Source: Cyanobacteria bacterium J06592_8
Lineage (GTDB): Bacteria > Cyanobacteriota > Cyanobacteriia > Cyanobacteriales > Microcoleaceae
DNA: 32,000 nucleotides
Reading direction: 5' to 3'
Assembly (NCBI GenBank): GCA_038530755.1
Contig: JBCBCI010000021.1
Span: 6,837-38,836 of the forward strand
Shown: positions 1-10,980 of the stretch, piece after piece
Numbering within the stretch: position 1 is the stretch's first letter
How the letters are laid out: each line of letters starts with the position of its first letter
The notes under the pieces: model-generated
Seen by the model: only the letters and a program-made list of their open reading frames with translations
Databases searched by the model: none
Told to the model about the DNA's origin: nothing
Made by a program: the position numbers and the translations under genes

Positions 1-123
1 GTAGTCTACGTTACCCCTCAGTCAATTTAGGCGGGCGATTTGGAAATTCCTCAATGGAGAATCGCGTGGCTTGGTTGATCGCATCTCTGTTATTTTATCC
101 GATCTGGAATTGTTTTTCTGAGG

Positions 124-3100
124 TTAGTTGGGTTCGGGGCTTGTTTCTCCAGAAGAATTGTTTTCAGAGGCTGTTAACTCCACAATCTCATCAAAGTCAA
201 AGTTTTCAATCATTTGAGTTAAAGTGTTCGCAATCGAACTATGGGTTTCGGGAATCGCTTGAATCAGATCAAACATTTGTTGATCTCGACCCACTAAAGC
301 GGCTTCGAGCATTTGCTTGCGCCATTCGGATGACATGATGTGCAAATCTTCAGGTTTAATTTTATCCCGGATTCCCTCAGAACTGATATCAACTGATTCA
401 GATTCCTGTTGATAAATGTAGCGCACCCCCAGATATTCACCTAACTTTTCAAAGATGACTTCTTCTTGAAAGGGTTTTCTAACAAAATCATCACATCCTG
501 CATTGAGAACAGCTTTTCGTTCTTGCTCAAAGACGCTTGCTGTTAGAGCCACAATCACCACTTTATCACCATCAGGAGCCGATCTAATTCGGCGAGTTGC
601 TTCATAGCCATCTAATACAGGCATTCGGATATCCATCCAAATAAAATCAGCTTTCCAACTCTTCCACAATTCTAGAGCCTTTTCACCATTTTCTGCTTCT
701 TGAACGTTGAAACCCACAGAGAGCAAAAGCTGGGAGAGAAGTTTTCGGTTTTGCCATTGATCGTCAACGACTAAAATCCGATATTCAGGTTGATCGGGTT
801 CTAATCCCATGACAGGTTGGCTGGGTTTTTGAGGTTGAATTTCATAGACTTCTGTGAGGGTAACGGGAATCTCAAACTCAACGGTTGTTCCGATTCCTAT
901 CTGACTTTTGACCTGAATTTCTCCACCCATCATCTGTACAAATTTGCGGCTAATTGGCAATCCTAAACCTGTTCCCTGCTGGACTTTTTGTCCACTGCTG
1001 GTTTGTACAAATGCCTCGAAAATATTATCAATTTCTTCGGGGGAAATTCCGGTTCCGGTATCGAGCACTTCAAAGACAAGATTGAGTCGATTATTTTTAT
1101 AGCTTTCTGGGAAAACTTTGGATTTAATTTTTAAGATGATTTGACCTGTTTCTGTGTATTTAATCGCATTTCCCAGAAGGTTAATTAAAACCTGGCGCAG
1201 TTTACTTTCATCCGTCTCAATATACTGAGGAACATTTTCATCTTGTTCAAACTTCAGGGTTAACCCTTTGCTTGCAGCTTTCAAGTGTAGCATTTGATCT
1301 AAGGTATTGAGTAAATGATACAAATCAAAGCTACTTTCATAGAGAGTCATCTGACCGGCTTCAATTTTCGAGAGATCTAGAATACTATTAATTAAACCCA
1401 GTAAATGCTCTCCGCTACTATTAATAATATTAAGATTATTTTGCTGTTCGGGCATCAGAGACTGATCCCGACTCATCAGTTGAGAAAAGCCAAGAATCGC
1501 ATTTAATGGGGTGCGGAGTTCATGGCTCATATTCGCGAGGAATTCACTTTTAGCTCTATTCGCGGCTTCGGCGGCATCTTTAGCTTGTTCTAAGGCTGTC
1601 TCTGCTTGTTTGCGCTTAGTAATATCTTTTAAAATTGCGGTAAAAATCCAACCTTCACCCATTTTAATTTTAGAAATTGAAGCTTCGGCTGGAAATCTTT
1701 CTCCATTTTTACGCCATCCACAAACTTCTCTAGAGCGTTCACCCATGCCACGGGATTGACATTCAAGCCGTGCAAAATTTAACACATATCTATGATGAAT
1801 TTCTCGAGCATCCATCGGGAGCAAAATGTCTAAGGATTTCCCAATCGTTTCGGCTGAAGAGTAGCCAAAAATCTTTTCTGCTCCGTGATTAAAAAGCAAG
1901 ATTTTATGATTCTCATTCACGGAAATAATCGCATCTTCTGCATTGTCTAAAATTCCGGCTAATCGTTCTTGACTTTCCTGAAGTTTTTGTTCGGCGAGAT
2001 CCCGTTCTAAGCTAATGGGAATCATCTCTCCGACTCGTTGAATTAATTTAATTTCTTCTAATGTCCATTCTTTAGGAGAACGGATCATACTGCAACAAAC
2101 AGCCCCGACAACTTTTCCGACACTAATCATCGGTACAATCAGAATTGATTTGAGTCCTCGTTTTTTCCATTCTCGTTTGAGACTAAGGGCTTCTTTGGGC
2201 AAACTATTAATATCAGGAATATGAACAATTTTATGACTTTTAAGCTGCTTAAAACCCCAGTCAAAAAGCTTCACCGGCATTTCTTGCACCTCTGACATTG
2301 TTGAGGTAATATCTTGATTGCACCACTCATTCGTCATGCTCACCAATTGCCGACCTTGATCCGCATATTGCAAAATATAACAGCGATCGATTTGGGTTAA
2401 TTGTCCAATTTCTGCCAAGGCAAAATCAATAGCTGGATTCACATCTTGATCGACAAACTGCTGAAAAATACGGCTAACTGAATGGTCGATCTGAGAACGT
2501 TTTTGCAACGCCAGTTCCGCCTGTTTTCGTTCGGTGATATCACTGAAAATACTCAACACACAAGTTTGTCCATTCAAGTCAATCAGTTCGGCTGAATATA
2601 ACGCGATCCGGATTTCTCCAGACTTCGTATGAAATTCACATTCATAACTCCGGATCACTCCATCTTTATTCAAAATATCAGCAATATAATTCCGATCTTC
2701 TGGATTGATCAAAAAGTTAAAGTCCTTAACATTTTTATTGAAAATATCATTCGATTCATAGCCGAGGAGTTTGAGCGCACTTTCATTAAAATCGACAATA
2801 TAACCATCGGAAAACTGAGTAATAAAGCTCGGATTTGGATTACTCTGAAAGGCTTTAGAAAATTTATTCTCTGAAAGACGCAATGCTCTTTCAGCTTGTC
2901 GTCTTTCCCAAACTTCCTCTCGCAATTGTTGGTTAGCATCTTTGAGCTGACTGGTTCGTTCCTCGACCCGAATTTCTAACTCCTCAAATGCGGTTTTAAG
3001 CTGACGAGCCATTTGATTAAAGGAGTCCGCTAACATTTTTAACTCACTAACACGGGCGACATTCACCTTTTGATTGAGCTGTCCAAAGGCGATCGCTTGA

Positions 3101-4248
3101 CTGGCTCGCGCGAGTTGTAAAATTTGTCCGGCAATCCAACGAGACGTTAACCCACCTAACCCAATGGCGAGGACAAGAGCGGCTAATCCAAACACAATTG
3201 CCATGCGACGATTGGCATTAATTTGTGCCATGAAATCGGCTTCAGGTACGACTACCACAATCAGCCAATCTAATCCATAGCTATCAGAGTAAGGTACAGC
3301 ATCGACGAAATACTGTTGACCCTCGATTTTCAATTCCAAAGACTTAACTTGATCAATATTCTTTAACGACCCAGTAAAGCTAATTAAATGTTGAATTGCG
3401 GCTCGGGTCAATGGATTTTGACTTTCGATACCCTGAAGTCTGGTGAGCTGATTCTGAGGGGTCATTTCATAAACGGGTTCATCCGTCGAAGTCGCCACCA
3501 GTTCTCCTGAACGTTCTAGGATAAATGTTTGTGCTGAAGGCGTGAGTTTGAGCTGACGCAAAACATCACTAAACACGGTTAAAACGACATCAACAGCCAT
3601 CACCCCTTGCAGATTTCCATCGCGATCGTAAAAGGGTCGAGTTGCTGTGATTCCTAAGTTTCCATCTGTAAAGGCATAAATTGGACTCCAAGTGGCTTGT
3701 CGATTTTGTATCCCAGTTTGATACCAAGGTCGAGTCCGGGGATCGTAGTCATCGTTGATATTTAGGGGTGATTTTGATTTTAGAGAGGGTGTACGCCTTT
3801 TTGTTAGCTGTTGGTAATATTCAGAAGTTGCAGAGCTAGCAAGTGATAAATCTGAAGTTCGATATACACCCAGGTATTCTCCCGTTTCTGTCCCCAAATA
3901 TATACTTTCGAGCGTCTCAACTCGCTGGATTTGCAAGAAAAAGCGACTCTCAACGACGGATAAATTGTCCAAACTCAAATATCCGATTTCAATGGCATCT
4001 ACATTAATATTAGTGAGGAGTATGGGTTCATCAAGATAGTTATCCAGTCGTTCATCAACGTGTTCGCCGAGTTCATTCATCAACTGGCTGACTAAATCCT
4101 GTACAGCGTCTTGGCTATTTCGGTGAGAGATATAGCCGATCGCCCCAACCACTGCCACAATCTGAAGGGCAAACGGTACAATCAAGATGAGCTGCAAAGG
4201 AAATCTCAGTTTAGGGTTGAGTAAGCGAAGCAGGGGATTAATCGACAT
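124..4248 (-). CDS. Hybrid sensor histidine kinase/response regulator (extracellular sensor, HAMP, PAS, GAF, PAS, HisKA, HATPase_c, REC)
   Basis: 1374-aa ORF; N-terminal TM and cache-like region, second TM then HAMP, PAS (FSDITERKQAE), GAF-like block, PAS, HisKA motif 'KSEFLANMSHELRTPLNAILGFSQLM', N box 'QVLINLLGNAIKYT', G boxes 'DTGTGISPEE...GTGLGLPISRKFVQMMGG', REC 'ILVVDDQWQNR...FIWMDIRMPVLDGYEATRRIR'. Confidence 0.95.
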   Translation of the reverse strand: MSINPLLRLLNPKLRFPLQLILIVPFALQIVAVVGAIGYISHRNSQDAVQDLVSQLMNELGEHVDERLDNYLDEPILLTNINVDAIEIGYLSLDNLSVVESRFFLQIQRVETLESIYLGTETGEYLGVYRTSDLSLASSATSEYYQQLTKRRTPSLKSKSPLNINDDYDPRTRPWYQTGIQNRQATWSPIYAFTDGNLGITATRPFYDRDGNLQGVMAVDVVLTVFSDVLRQLKLTPSAQTFILERSGELVATSTDEPVYEMTPQNQLTRLQGIESQNPLTRAAIQHLISFTGSLKNIDQVKSLELKIEGQQYFVDAVPYSDSYGLDWLIVVVVPEADFMAQINANRRMAIVFGLAALVLAIGLGGLTSRWIAGQILQLARASQAIAFGQLNQKVNVARVSELKMLADSFNQMARQLKTAFEELEIRVEERTSQLKDANQQLREEVWERRQAERALRLSENKFSKAFQSNPNPSFITQFSDGYIVDFNESALKLLGYESNDIFNKNVKDFNFLINPEDRNYIADILNKDGVIRSYECEFHTKSGEIRIALYSAELIDLNGQTCVLSIFSDITERKQAELALQKRSQIDHSVSRIFQQFVDQDVNPAIDFALAEIGQLTQIDRCYILQYADQGRQLVSMTNEWCNQDITSTMSEVQEMPVKLFDWGFKQLKSHKIVHIPDINSLPKEALSLKREWKKRGLKSILIVPMISVGKVVGAVCCSMIRSPKEWTLEEIKLIQRVGEMIPISLERDLAEQKLQESQERLAGILDNAEDAIISVNENHKILLFNHGAEKIFGYSSAETIGKSLDILLPMDAREIHHRYVLNFARLECQSRGMGERSREVCGWRKNGERFPAEASISKIKMGEGWIFTAILKDITKRKQAETALEQAKDAAEAANRAKSEFLANMSHELRTPLNAILGFSQLMSRDQSLMPEQQNNLNIINSSGEHLLGLINSILDLSKIEAGQMTLYESSFDLYHLLNTLDQMLHLKAASKGLTLKFEQDENVPQYIETDESKLRQVLINLLGNAIKYTETGQIILKIKSKVFPESYKNNRLNLVFEVLDTGTGISPEEIDNIFEAFVQTSSGQKVQQGTGLGLPISRKFVQMMGGEIQVKSQIGIGTTVEFEIPVTLTEVYEIQPQKPSQPVMGLEPDQPEYRILVVDDQWQNRKLLSQLLLSVGFNVQEAENGEKALELWKSWKADFIWMDIRMPVLDGYEATRRIRSAPDGDKVVIVALTASVFEQERKAVLNAGCDDFVRKPFQEEVIFEKLGEYLGVRYIYQQESESVDISSEGIRDKIKPEDLHIMSSEWRKQMLEAALVGRDQQMFDLIQAIPETHSSIANTLTQMIENFDFDEIVELTASENNSSGETSPEPN

Positions 4249-4474
4249 GGCGGGTACTCTGACCGAACAGACAACAGAATTTAGAATCGGTGTTGGTTTA
4301 ATTTTGACCTATCAAAGTCAGAATTGGTGAGAATCTTAAATATAAGCTTAAGGGGCGATTGATCAGATTTAACTCTCCATCTCCTGTGTCTTCTTATCTC
4401 CTGTTAACCCACTCCCCTTCGACCTGCTTCGCTACAATCAGTATTAACTTATAACCGAAAAGGTGTAATCTCCC

Positions 4475-6214
4475 GTGTCTTCCTCAAACACTCCCGCTCA
4501 ATCGTTTAAATTTGACTCCATTGAAGATGCCCTTGCTGACTTGAAAGCTGGACGTTGTATTGTTGTTGTGGATGATGAACATCGGGAAAATGAAGGCGAT
4601 TTGATTGGGATCGCTCAATTTGCGACTCCTGATATGATTAATTTTATGGCGGTTCATGCGCGAGGATTAATCTGTCTGGCTCTGAGCGGCGATCGCCTCG
4701 ATGAACTCGATTTACCTTTAATGGTTGCCAACAATACCGATAGCAACCAAACGGCTTTCACTGTCAGTATTGATGCGTCTCCAGCGATGGGAGTCAGCAC
4801 CGGGATTTCCGCCGAAGATCGCGCCCGCACGATTCAAGTCGCGATTAATCCCTCAACCCGTCCTCAAGATTTACGACGACCGGGTCATATTTTCCCGTTG
4901 AGGGCGCGAGAAGGAGGTGTTTTGAAGCGGGCGGGTCATACCGAAGCAGCAGTGGATTTGGCTCGATTAGCGGGCTTATATCCCGGTGGTGTGATCTGCG
5001 AAATCCAAAACCCAGATGGTTCGATGGCGCGTTTACCGGAGTTGATTGAATATGCAAAAATTCACGATCTGAAATTAATTAGCATTGCCGATCTGATTAG
5101 TTATCGCCTGTTTCACGATCGCTTTATTCATCGAGAAGCCATTGCAAAATTACCCACTCAGTTCGGTGAATTTCTGATTTATGCCTATCGAAATATGTTG
5201 GATCAATCTGAACACGTTGCGATTATTAAAGGCGATCCGGCAGAGTTTAAAGACCAACCTGTGATGGTGCGAGTACATTCAGAATGTTTAACGGGAGATG
5301 CCTTTGGTTCGTTGCGGTGCGACTGTCGGATGCAACTGCAAGCCGCTTTGAAAATGATTGAGGAAGCCGGAGCAGGTGTTGTTGTTTACTTACGACAAGA
5401 AGGCCGAGGCATTGGTTTAATTAATAAGTTAAAAGCTTATTCTTTACAGGATTTAGGACTAGATACGGTAGAAGCAAATGAACGGTTAGGTTTTCCAGCC
5501 GATCTGCGAAATTATGGGTTAGGCGCACAGATTCTGAATGATATTGGCGTCAATAAAATTTGCTTAATTACGAATAATCCTCGAAAAATTGCTGGGTTAA
5601 AAGGGTATAGAATTGAAATTGTAGATCGAGTTCCCTTATTAATTGAAGCGACCGATTATAATTCTAAGTATCTGGCAACAAAAGCAAAAAAATTAGGGCA
5701 TTTATTACTTCAGACCTATTTAGTGACAGTCGCCATTCAATGGGATGAAGCTAGAGTTCAATTTGGAGGAGAAGATTTGAGTTTAGAGACTCCTTCGACT
5801 CCAGCCGTATTGAAATCTGCGGTTCAACTCCATGAAAAGTCTGATCGCCTCGACAAACTCAAGGATTTAGCCAGAAGTCACGATTTACTCCTACAAGAAG
5901 AACGTCGTCCCTTGGCGACAGCGTTGTTTCATCCAGCCTCTTTAACCTTTCATTTAGGCTTAGATCAAGTAGACGCAGCCAGTGAAGATTGGTATCAACA
6001 GAGCGATCATCCATACATAGAAGCGATCGCGAAAATCCTTGACCAAATTCTGACTGCGCCTGGACTCAAAAAGTTAGAGTTTCTCGTTTCTTCCGGGGTC
6101 GATCCGTTAGCCAATCTACAAGTCCAACTCCAGCGACAAACCTTCCCTTTGACTCAATTTCCCTCATCTATTTGCGACGGGCTCGAACCTCAAACGATTT
6201 ACAGTTTTTCTTGA
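4475..6214 (+). CDS. ribBA: Bifunctional 3,4-dihydroxy-2-butanone-4-phosphate synthase / GTP cyclohydrolase II with C-terminal extension
   Basis: 579-aa ORF, GTG start; RibB motifs '[14 protein letters not shown]','[32 protein letters not shown]'; RibA zinc/GTP motifs '[24 protein letters not shown]','[11 protein letters not shown]'. Confidence 0.96.
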   Translation: MSSSNTPAQSFKFDSIEDALADLKAGRCIVVVDDEHRENEGDLIGIAQFATPDMINFMAVHARGLICLALSGDRLDELDLPLMVANNTDSNQTAFTVSIDASPAMGVSTGISAEDRARTIQVAINPSTRPQDLRRPGHIFPLRAREGGVLKRAGHTEAAVDLARLAGLYPGGVICEIQNPDGSMARLPELIEYAKIHDLKLISIADLISYRLFHDRFIHREAIAKLPTQFGEFLIYAYRNMLDQSEHVAIIKGDPAEFKDQPVMVRVHSECLTGDAFGSLRCDCRMQLQAALKMIEEAGAGVVVYLRQEGRGIGLINKLKAYSLQDLGLDTVEANERLGFPADLRNYGLGAQILNDIGVNKICLITNNPRKIAGLKGYRIEIVDRVPLLIEATDYNSKYLATKAKKLGHLLLQTYLVTVAIQWDEARVQFGGEDLSLETPSTPAVLKSAVQLHEKSDRLDKLKDLARSHDLLLQEERRPLATALFHPASLTFHLGLDQVDAASEDWYQQSDHPYIEAIAKILDQILTAPGLKKLEFLVSSGVDPLANLQVQLQRQTFPLTQFPSSICDGLEPQTIYSFS

Positions 6215-6229
6215 GTTTGGAACCGAGTG

Positions 6230-7090
6230 TTATCTAGGTGCATCGACTTCTGATAACTCACTCAAGTTAAACAAGAACGGTACGCTACTCTTAGAATCTC
6301 CATTCAAAATCAACACCTTCGGCATTTGTGCGCCACCCTGTTTCCAAGCTTCAATGGCTTCTTTTTGTAGAACTAATTCGCCCCCTTGATTTTTCAAGGT
6401 TTCTGCAAGTAAACGCTGGGCTTCCGCTCTACCTTTGGCTCGATTCACATCAGCTTGAGCCTGTTGTTCAGCTTCTCGCGCCACATAGACAGCTCGTTGC
6501 GCCCGTTGTTCAGCGATTTGTTTTTCTTCAACGGCTCTAGCAAACTCTGGCGAAAACGTGAGATCGACCACACTGGTATCGAGTACCACAATACCATACT
6601 TCTCCAATCGCGCATTCAGTGCTTCATCGAAGTCAGACTTGAGTTCGTCTCGTTTAGTAATCGCTTCTTCAATCGTGAGTTTTGCAGCAGCAATTTTAAA
6701 TGCTTCTTGAGTTTGAGGGGCGATCACCTTAGAAACAACATTTTGCAACGTTCCCTGTTCACGTCGAATTGTGACCACTTGTACCGGATCGAGACGAAAG
6801 TTAATTGCAAAACTCGCCGAAAGTTGTTGTAAATCCTTTGTCGCACTCTGGGCGGGAACTTCAAACTTTTGAACGGTGACATCGTAAACATCCACCGCAG
6901 AAATCAAAGGCGGCTTAAAGTGTAGACCCTCCAAGAGTGCGCCATCTCTGGCTTTCCCTAAAATACTCAATACTCCTGCCTGGCCTGGATTAATCACAAC
7001 AAACGCATTGAGTCCGACTAAAAGAACGGCTGAGATGACAATACCTAAAATGAGTGCAGGTAGCCCCTGCTGTGGTGCTGCGTTTTTCAA
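6230..7090 (-). CDS. Prohibitin family / SPFH domain membrane protein
   Basis: 286 aa; N-terminal TM, 'VVINPGQAGVLSILGK...EGLHFKPPLI' and 'EKQIAEQRAQRAVYVAREAEQQAQADVNRAKGRAEAQ', typical of prohibitin. Confidence 0.93.
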   Translation of the reverse strand: MKNAAPQQGLPALILGIVISAVLLVGLNAFVVINPGQAGVLSILGKARDGALLEGLHFKPPLISAVDVYDVTVQKFEVPAQSATKDLQQLSASFAINFRLDPVQVVTIRREQGTLQNVVSKVIAPQTQEAFKIAAAKLTIEEAITKRDELKSDFDEALNARLEKYGIVVLDTSVVDLTFSPEFARAVEEKQIAEQRAQRAVYVAREAEQQAQADVNRAKGRAEAQRLLAETLKNQGGELVLQKEAIEAWKQGGAQMPKVLILNGDSKSSVPFLFNLSELSEVDAPR

Positions 7091-7350
7091 GGTTGAACTC
7101 CTTTTAAAAGTTTGATCTGTTATCTACGATACGCCTAATGGCTCCCTCTGCGAGCAGACTCAAGAAATCTTTCATAATTTGACAGACTCCCAGCTTGGAA
7201 ATTACAGAGATTATCAGCTCAAAGAATAATTATAGAAAAGTTCTATTTTAGCCCCTCTAATTTCAGAGTTTATTTCCTGATTTTTGAAATCTTGTTTTCA
7301 GTATTTTTTCTTGATTATTGATGTTTGAATTCGACGAAAAACGTCATTCT

Positions 7351-7563
7351 CTAATTTTTAAATTCGGTTGGATTAATGTCTGAATCGGGGAATTGTTCTT
7401 TAAGAATCAAAGCAGACCAGAGTGTAAACCCTAAAACAGCTAAACCTGTTAATCCATCGGTAAGGATAAAAAAGTGCATTTTGATTGAAAAGTTGGACAA
7501 GCTTCCGAAACAGTAATGTAGCAAACTATCAATACCGGAAAAGGAATTAGGAATTTTACACAT
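7351..7563 (-). CDS. Small putative membrane protein (possibly starting at an internal Met)
   Basis: 70-aa ORF with hydrophobic segment 'MHFFILTDGLTGLAVLGFTLWSALILKE'; no recognised family. Confidence 0.35.
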   Translation of the reverse strand: MCKIPNSFSGIDSLLHYCFGSLSNFSIKMHFFILTDGLTGLAVLGFTLWSALILKEQFPDSDINPTEFKN

Positions 7564-7720
7564 TGACTTTGACTGAGAATCTAGAAATTAGAATCTTGAA
7601 TATTCTTAGCATTTTAGGAAAGGAGTTGCGATCGGTCTTTAGGAAAACTTTAAAATTGAAGAGTGCTGGAGCGCTCACAGAGAAGTTAGACTGAAACCTT
7701 ACCGTAATGTAGAAGAATTT

Positions 7721-9202
7721 ATGCTCGATACCTTAGATCTGAGTTTATCTCTAGATAAAGAAACATATCAGAGTCAAGTTGAAAGCTTAATGCAAAAATT
7801 GCGATCGCTTCAACACACCTGTTGGGAGAAAAAGCTTCCAGTAATGATTGTCCTAGAAGGTTGGACCGCAGCCGGAAAGGGAGCATTAGTCAAAAAAATG
7901 GTCGGCTACATGGACCCGCGAGGATTCATCGTTCATCCCATTTGGCCCGCCACCAAACAGGAACGCCGTTATCCATTTATGTGGCGGTTTTGGCAAGTGT
8001 TACCTGCTCAGGGTCAGATGGGTATTTTTTATCACAGTTGGTATACCCACGTTCTCGAAGACAGGCTATTTGAGAGACTTCTGGAGGCAGAAGTTCCGAT
8101 GGCAATGCAGGAAATTAATGCCTTTGAACGGCAAATGATCGATGATGGTGTCGTCATGTCAAAATTTTGGATTCATCTGAGTCAAAAAGAACTGAAGCGT
8201 CGTCTCAAAAAAGCAGGCAAAGATGAGTTAAGAGCGTGGCGAGTACGTCCAGAAGATTGGCATCAGGAGGAAAATTACAACACCTATTCTACCTTTGCGG
8301 AAGAAATGTTAATTCAGACGAGTACCGGGGCAGCTCCTTGGACGCTGGTAGAAGGCGATAGTCAACGCTACGCTCGGGTTAAAGTCCTCTCAACGATGGT
8401 TGCCACGCTTAAAGAAGCATTAGAGCGGTTACAGGTTCAACCTCCGCCTGTGTCTACACCGCCCCAAGACCACCTCGACCCAACTGAACCCAATCCTCTT
8501 AGACAAGTTGATCTGAGTCAATCTCTTTCTGTAGATGAATATAAGCAACAACTCTCCGAGCAACAAATTCGCCTCAGTCAACTGCAAAGAGAAATTTACA
8601 AACAAGAGATTCCGGTGTTAGCGATATTTGAAGGTTGGGATGCCGCCGGGAAAGGAGGAGCTATTAAACGGTTGACTCATGTTTTAGACCCCCGCAGCTA
8701 TCAAGTTCAACCCTATGCAGCACCAACCGATGAGGAGAAAAATCATCACTATCTCTGGCGATTTTGGCGACATCTACCCCCAAGTGGAAAAATTGGAATT
8801 TTTGACCGTAGCTGGTATGGTCGCGTTCTCGTGGAACGAGTAGAAGGGTTTGCGACAGAGAAGCAATGGCGACGAGCCTATCGAGAAATCAATGAATTTG
8901 AGGAACAACTCACCAGTGCCGGCTATGTGTTGGTAAAGTTTTGGCTGCATATTGACCGCGATGAACAACTGAAGCGATTTCAAGCCAGAGAAGAGAATCC
9001 CTTTAAACAATATAAACTGACAGATGAAGACTGGCGCAATCGAGAAAAATGGCCTTTGTACGAAGTTGCGGTCAATCAGATGATTCAGCGCACTCACACG
9101 CCAACTGCCCCCTGGACGGTTGTAGCGGCGAATTGCAAATATTTTGCACGGGTGCAAGTGGTGGAAACCGTTGTTGAAGCGATTCAGCGTCAAATTCAGT
9201 AA
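7721..9202 (+). CDS. pap: Polyphosphate:AMP phosphotransferase, two-domain PPK2 type (class II-like)
   Basis: 493 aa; two PPK2 repeats, Walker A 'LEGWTAAGKGALVKKMVGYMDPRG' and 'FEGWDAAGKGGAIKRLTHVLDPRSY', each followed by 'FMWRFWQVLP'/'YLWRFWRHLP' and 'SWY'. Confidence 0.9.
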   Translation: MLDTLDLSLSLDKETYQSQVESLMQKLRSLQHTCWEKKLPVMIVLEGWTAAGKGALVKKMVGYMDPRGFIVHPIWPATKQERRYPFMWRFWQVLPAQGQMGIFYHSWYTHVLEDRLFERLLEAEVPMAMQEINAFERQMIDDGVVMSKFWIHLSQKELKRRLKKAGKDELRAWRVRPEDWHQEENYNTYSTFAEEMLIQTSTGAAPWTLVEGDSQRYARVKVLSTMVATLKEALERLQVQPPPVSTPPQDHLDPTEPNPLRQVDLSQSLSVDEYKQQLSEQQIRLSQLQREIYKQEIPVLAIFEGWDAAGKGGAIKRLTHVLDPRSYQVQPYAAPTDEEKNHHYLWRFWRHLPPSGKIGIFDRSWYGRVLVERVEGFATEKQWRRAYREINEFEEQLTSAGYVLVKFWLHIDRDEQLKRFQAREENPFKQYKLTDEDWRNREKWPLYEVAVNQMIQRTHTPTAPWTVVAANCKYFARVQVVETVVEAIQRQIQ

Positions 9203-9453
9203 TATTGACCCCAACTGGCGCTCGCGCTCCCTTGACCATTTGATCAGTTTGACTAATATTAACAATGGGCTTTGAAACTGCTCATCATTTCTGTAAACTT
9301 TAGCCATATCCAAACTGCAATTTCCATCTCCGTTGGCCCTGAAAAGAGGTGGACAACCCGGGAAAAATCAGAAACTTCTGTTTTCTCTAGACTAAGGCTA
9401 ATTGGATTGTCTAACGTTTGGCGTCTAATAACTCATCTTGAACAATAAACAAA

Positions 9454-10440
9454 ATGTTTGTACAACTGACTCGACTTTTATTGTTACTGCTACTGGGAAC
9501 GATTATTTTTAGACTCTGGAAACTCCTGGTGAGTAAAGAGGGAAATCTAGTTTCTCGGTTATGGTTTTTGCTCGCTGTATTTTTGTTATTGATTGCCTTT
9601 ACTGCACCAGATAGTCCGGTTGGACTGTCAATTTTGAGTCTGTTATCGGTGTTTGTTTTGCCCCTGGGCTTATCGATTTTACTCTTGATTTTAGCCGCCA
9701 CTCAAATTAATAAAGGTGGAATTGCCAGTCCCGGCCCAAACTTGATTTTAACGGCACTACTGATTTTGATTTTGTCGAGTATGCCCTTTGTGGCTGAATG
9801 GTTGGCATTTCAACTCGAAAAAAATGCAATTGAAACCGTTCAAAAGAATTTATGCTGTGGAGAAAGGGCAGAAGCAATTGTTCTATTGGGTTCGGGAACA
9901 ACTGAGCCAAAGCTTCCCTACGCGACTCAAGTTCAGCTCACTCGAATTGGCGCTCGTATTCCCTACACCTCTAAACTCTATAAAGATGGTTTAGCTCCGC
10001 TAGTGATTGTGAGTGCTGGCTCTCAAAATGAATATTTACAACCCATTATTGAAGCCGACTCCATCGCTAAATTGTTGCGGGAAATGGGTGTGCCTTCCAG
10101 TGCAATCATCAAAGATACATCGGAAGGAACATTACATGATAGTGCTGTTGCCATTCAAGAAATTGCCAAGGACTATAATTTAGGACGGGCGATTATTTTG
10201 GTGACATCTGCATTAGAAATGCGGCGAGCCAGCTTAACGTTTGCTAATGTGGGTTTTAAGGTGATTCCAGCTCCCACTAACTTCTATGCCTCTCTCCCGA
10301 ATGAGAAATTTCAAGAGCGAGTTTCAGCAAAAGACTTCTTACCGAGTACAGAAGCACTTCTGATCACAACAGATGTCGTTGAAGAATATATTATTACGTT
10401 CTATTACTTTATTCGAGGGTGGCTGGCTCCTAGTATTTGA
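9454..10440 (+). CDS. YdcF/ElyC-like DUF218 membrane protein
   Basis: 328 aa; N-terminal TM helices, 'AEAIVLLGSGTTEP...TRIGARIPYTSKLYKDGLAPLVIVSAGS...IAKLLREMGVPSSAIIKDTSEGTLHDSAVAIQEI...IILVTSALEMRRASLTFANVGFKVIPAPTNF'. Confidence 0.88.
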   Translation: MFVQLTRLLLLLLLGTIIFRLWKLLVSKEGNLVSRLWFLLAVFLLLIAFTAPDSPVGLSILSLLSVFVLPLGLSILLLILAATQINKGGIASPGPNLILTALLILILSSMPFVAEWLAFQLEKNAIETVQKNLCCGERAEAIVLLGSGTTEPKLPYATQVQLTRIGARIPYTSKLYKDGLAPLVIVSAGSQNEYLQPIIEADSIAKLLREMGVPSSAIIKDTSEGTLHDSAVAIQEIAKDYNLGRAIILVTSALEMRRASLTFANVGFKVIPAPTNFYASLPNEKFQERVSAKDFLPSTEALLITTDVVEEYIITFYYFIRGWLAPSI

Positions 10441-10603
10441 GGAAATAAACACTCAAAAAAATGGGAGATTCACAATTCACAATTCTTTGGAGAATTTAAG
10501 ACTCATCTTTCTATAAGAAAGCTACATTAACGGAGTTTCTTAATTAAAAAATTGAGCTGTGAATTGTGAATTCATTCTCAATTGATCCCAAATCTTCATC
10601 GCC

Positions 10604-10888
10604 TTACGGGTTAGGTTGAACAAAAGAACTAGAACTTTGATTAGAAGGATATAAGGCATCAGGAAATGGAGTCGGGCCAGTCCCGACTGTATTTCCCACA
10701 AAAAATACTAAAGAGAAAAGCAGGAAGAACAGATACCATACTGAATTCCATTCATCAGAAGAACTATAATAAGATGACTTGTCTCTTCTACGAGCCGGTT
10801 TAACATCAAATTCAAGTTCAATCCGCTTTCCTTGAACCGGACCCGAAACTCGAAAGCTATCTATTTTGATTTGTTCTCGATCAGACAT
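10604..10888 (-). CDS. Hypothetical small single-TM protein
   Basis: 94-aa ORF with hydrophobic segment 'SVWYLFFLLFSLVFFVGNTVG'; no family recognised. Confidence 0.4.
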   Translation of the reverse strand: MSDREQIKIDSFRVSGPVQGKRIELEFDVKPARRRDKSSYYSSSDEWNSVWYLFFLLFSLVFFVGNTVGTGPTPFPDALYPSNQSSSSFVQPNP

Positions 10889-10980
10889 TGGATTTCCTCG
10901 TAAACTTGCAATTAATTGAACTTGTAAGTTAGTACGGGGTTGTCAAGCGGATCTCCGGACAAAATATGAGGATGTAAGTA

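Noticed and set aside
1511-1759. Plus-strand ORFs inside the kinase gene (1511-1759, 2629-2874) and similar shadows elsewhere
   Set aside because: Antisense to strongly supported coding sequence, no family motifs; compositional shadow ORFs.
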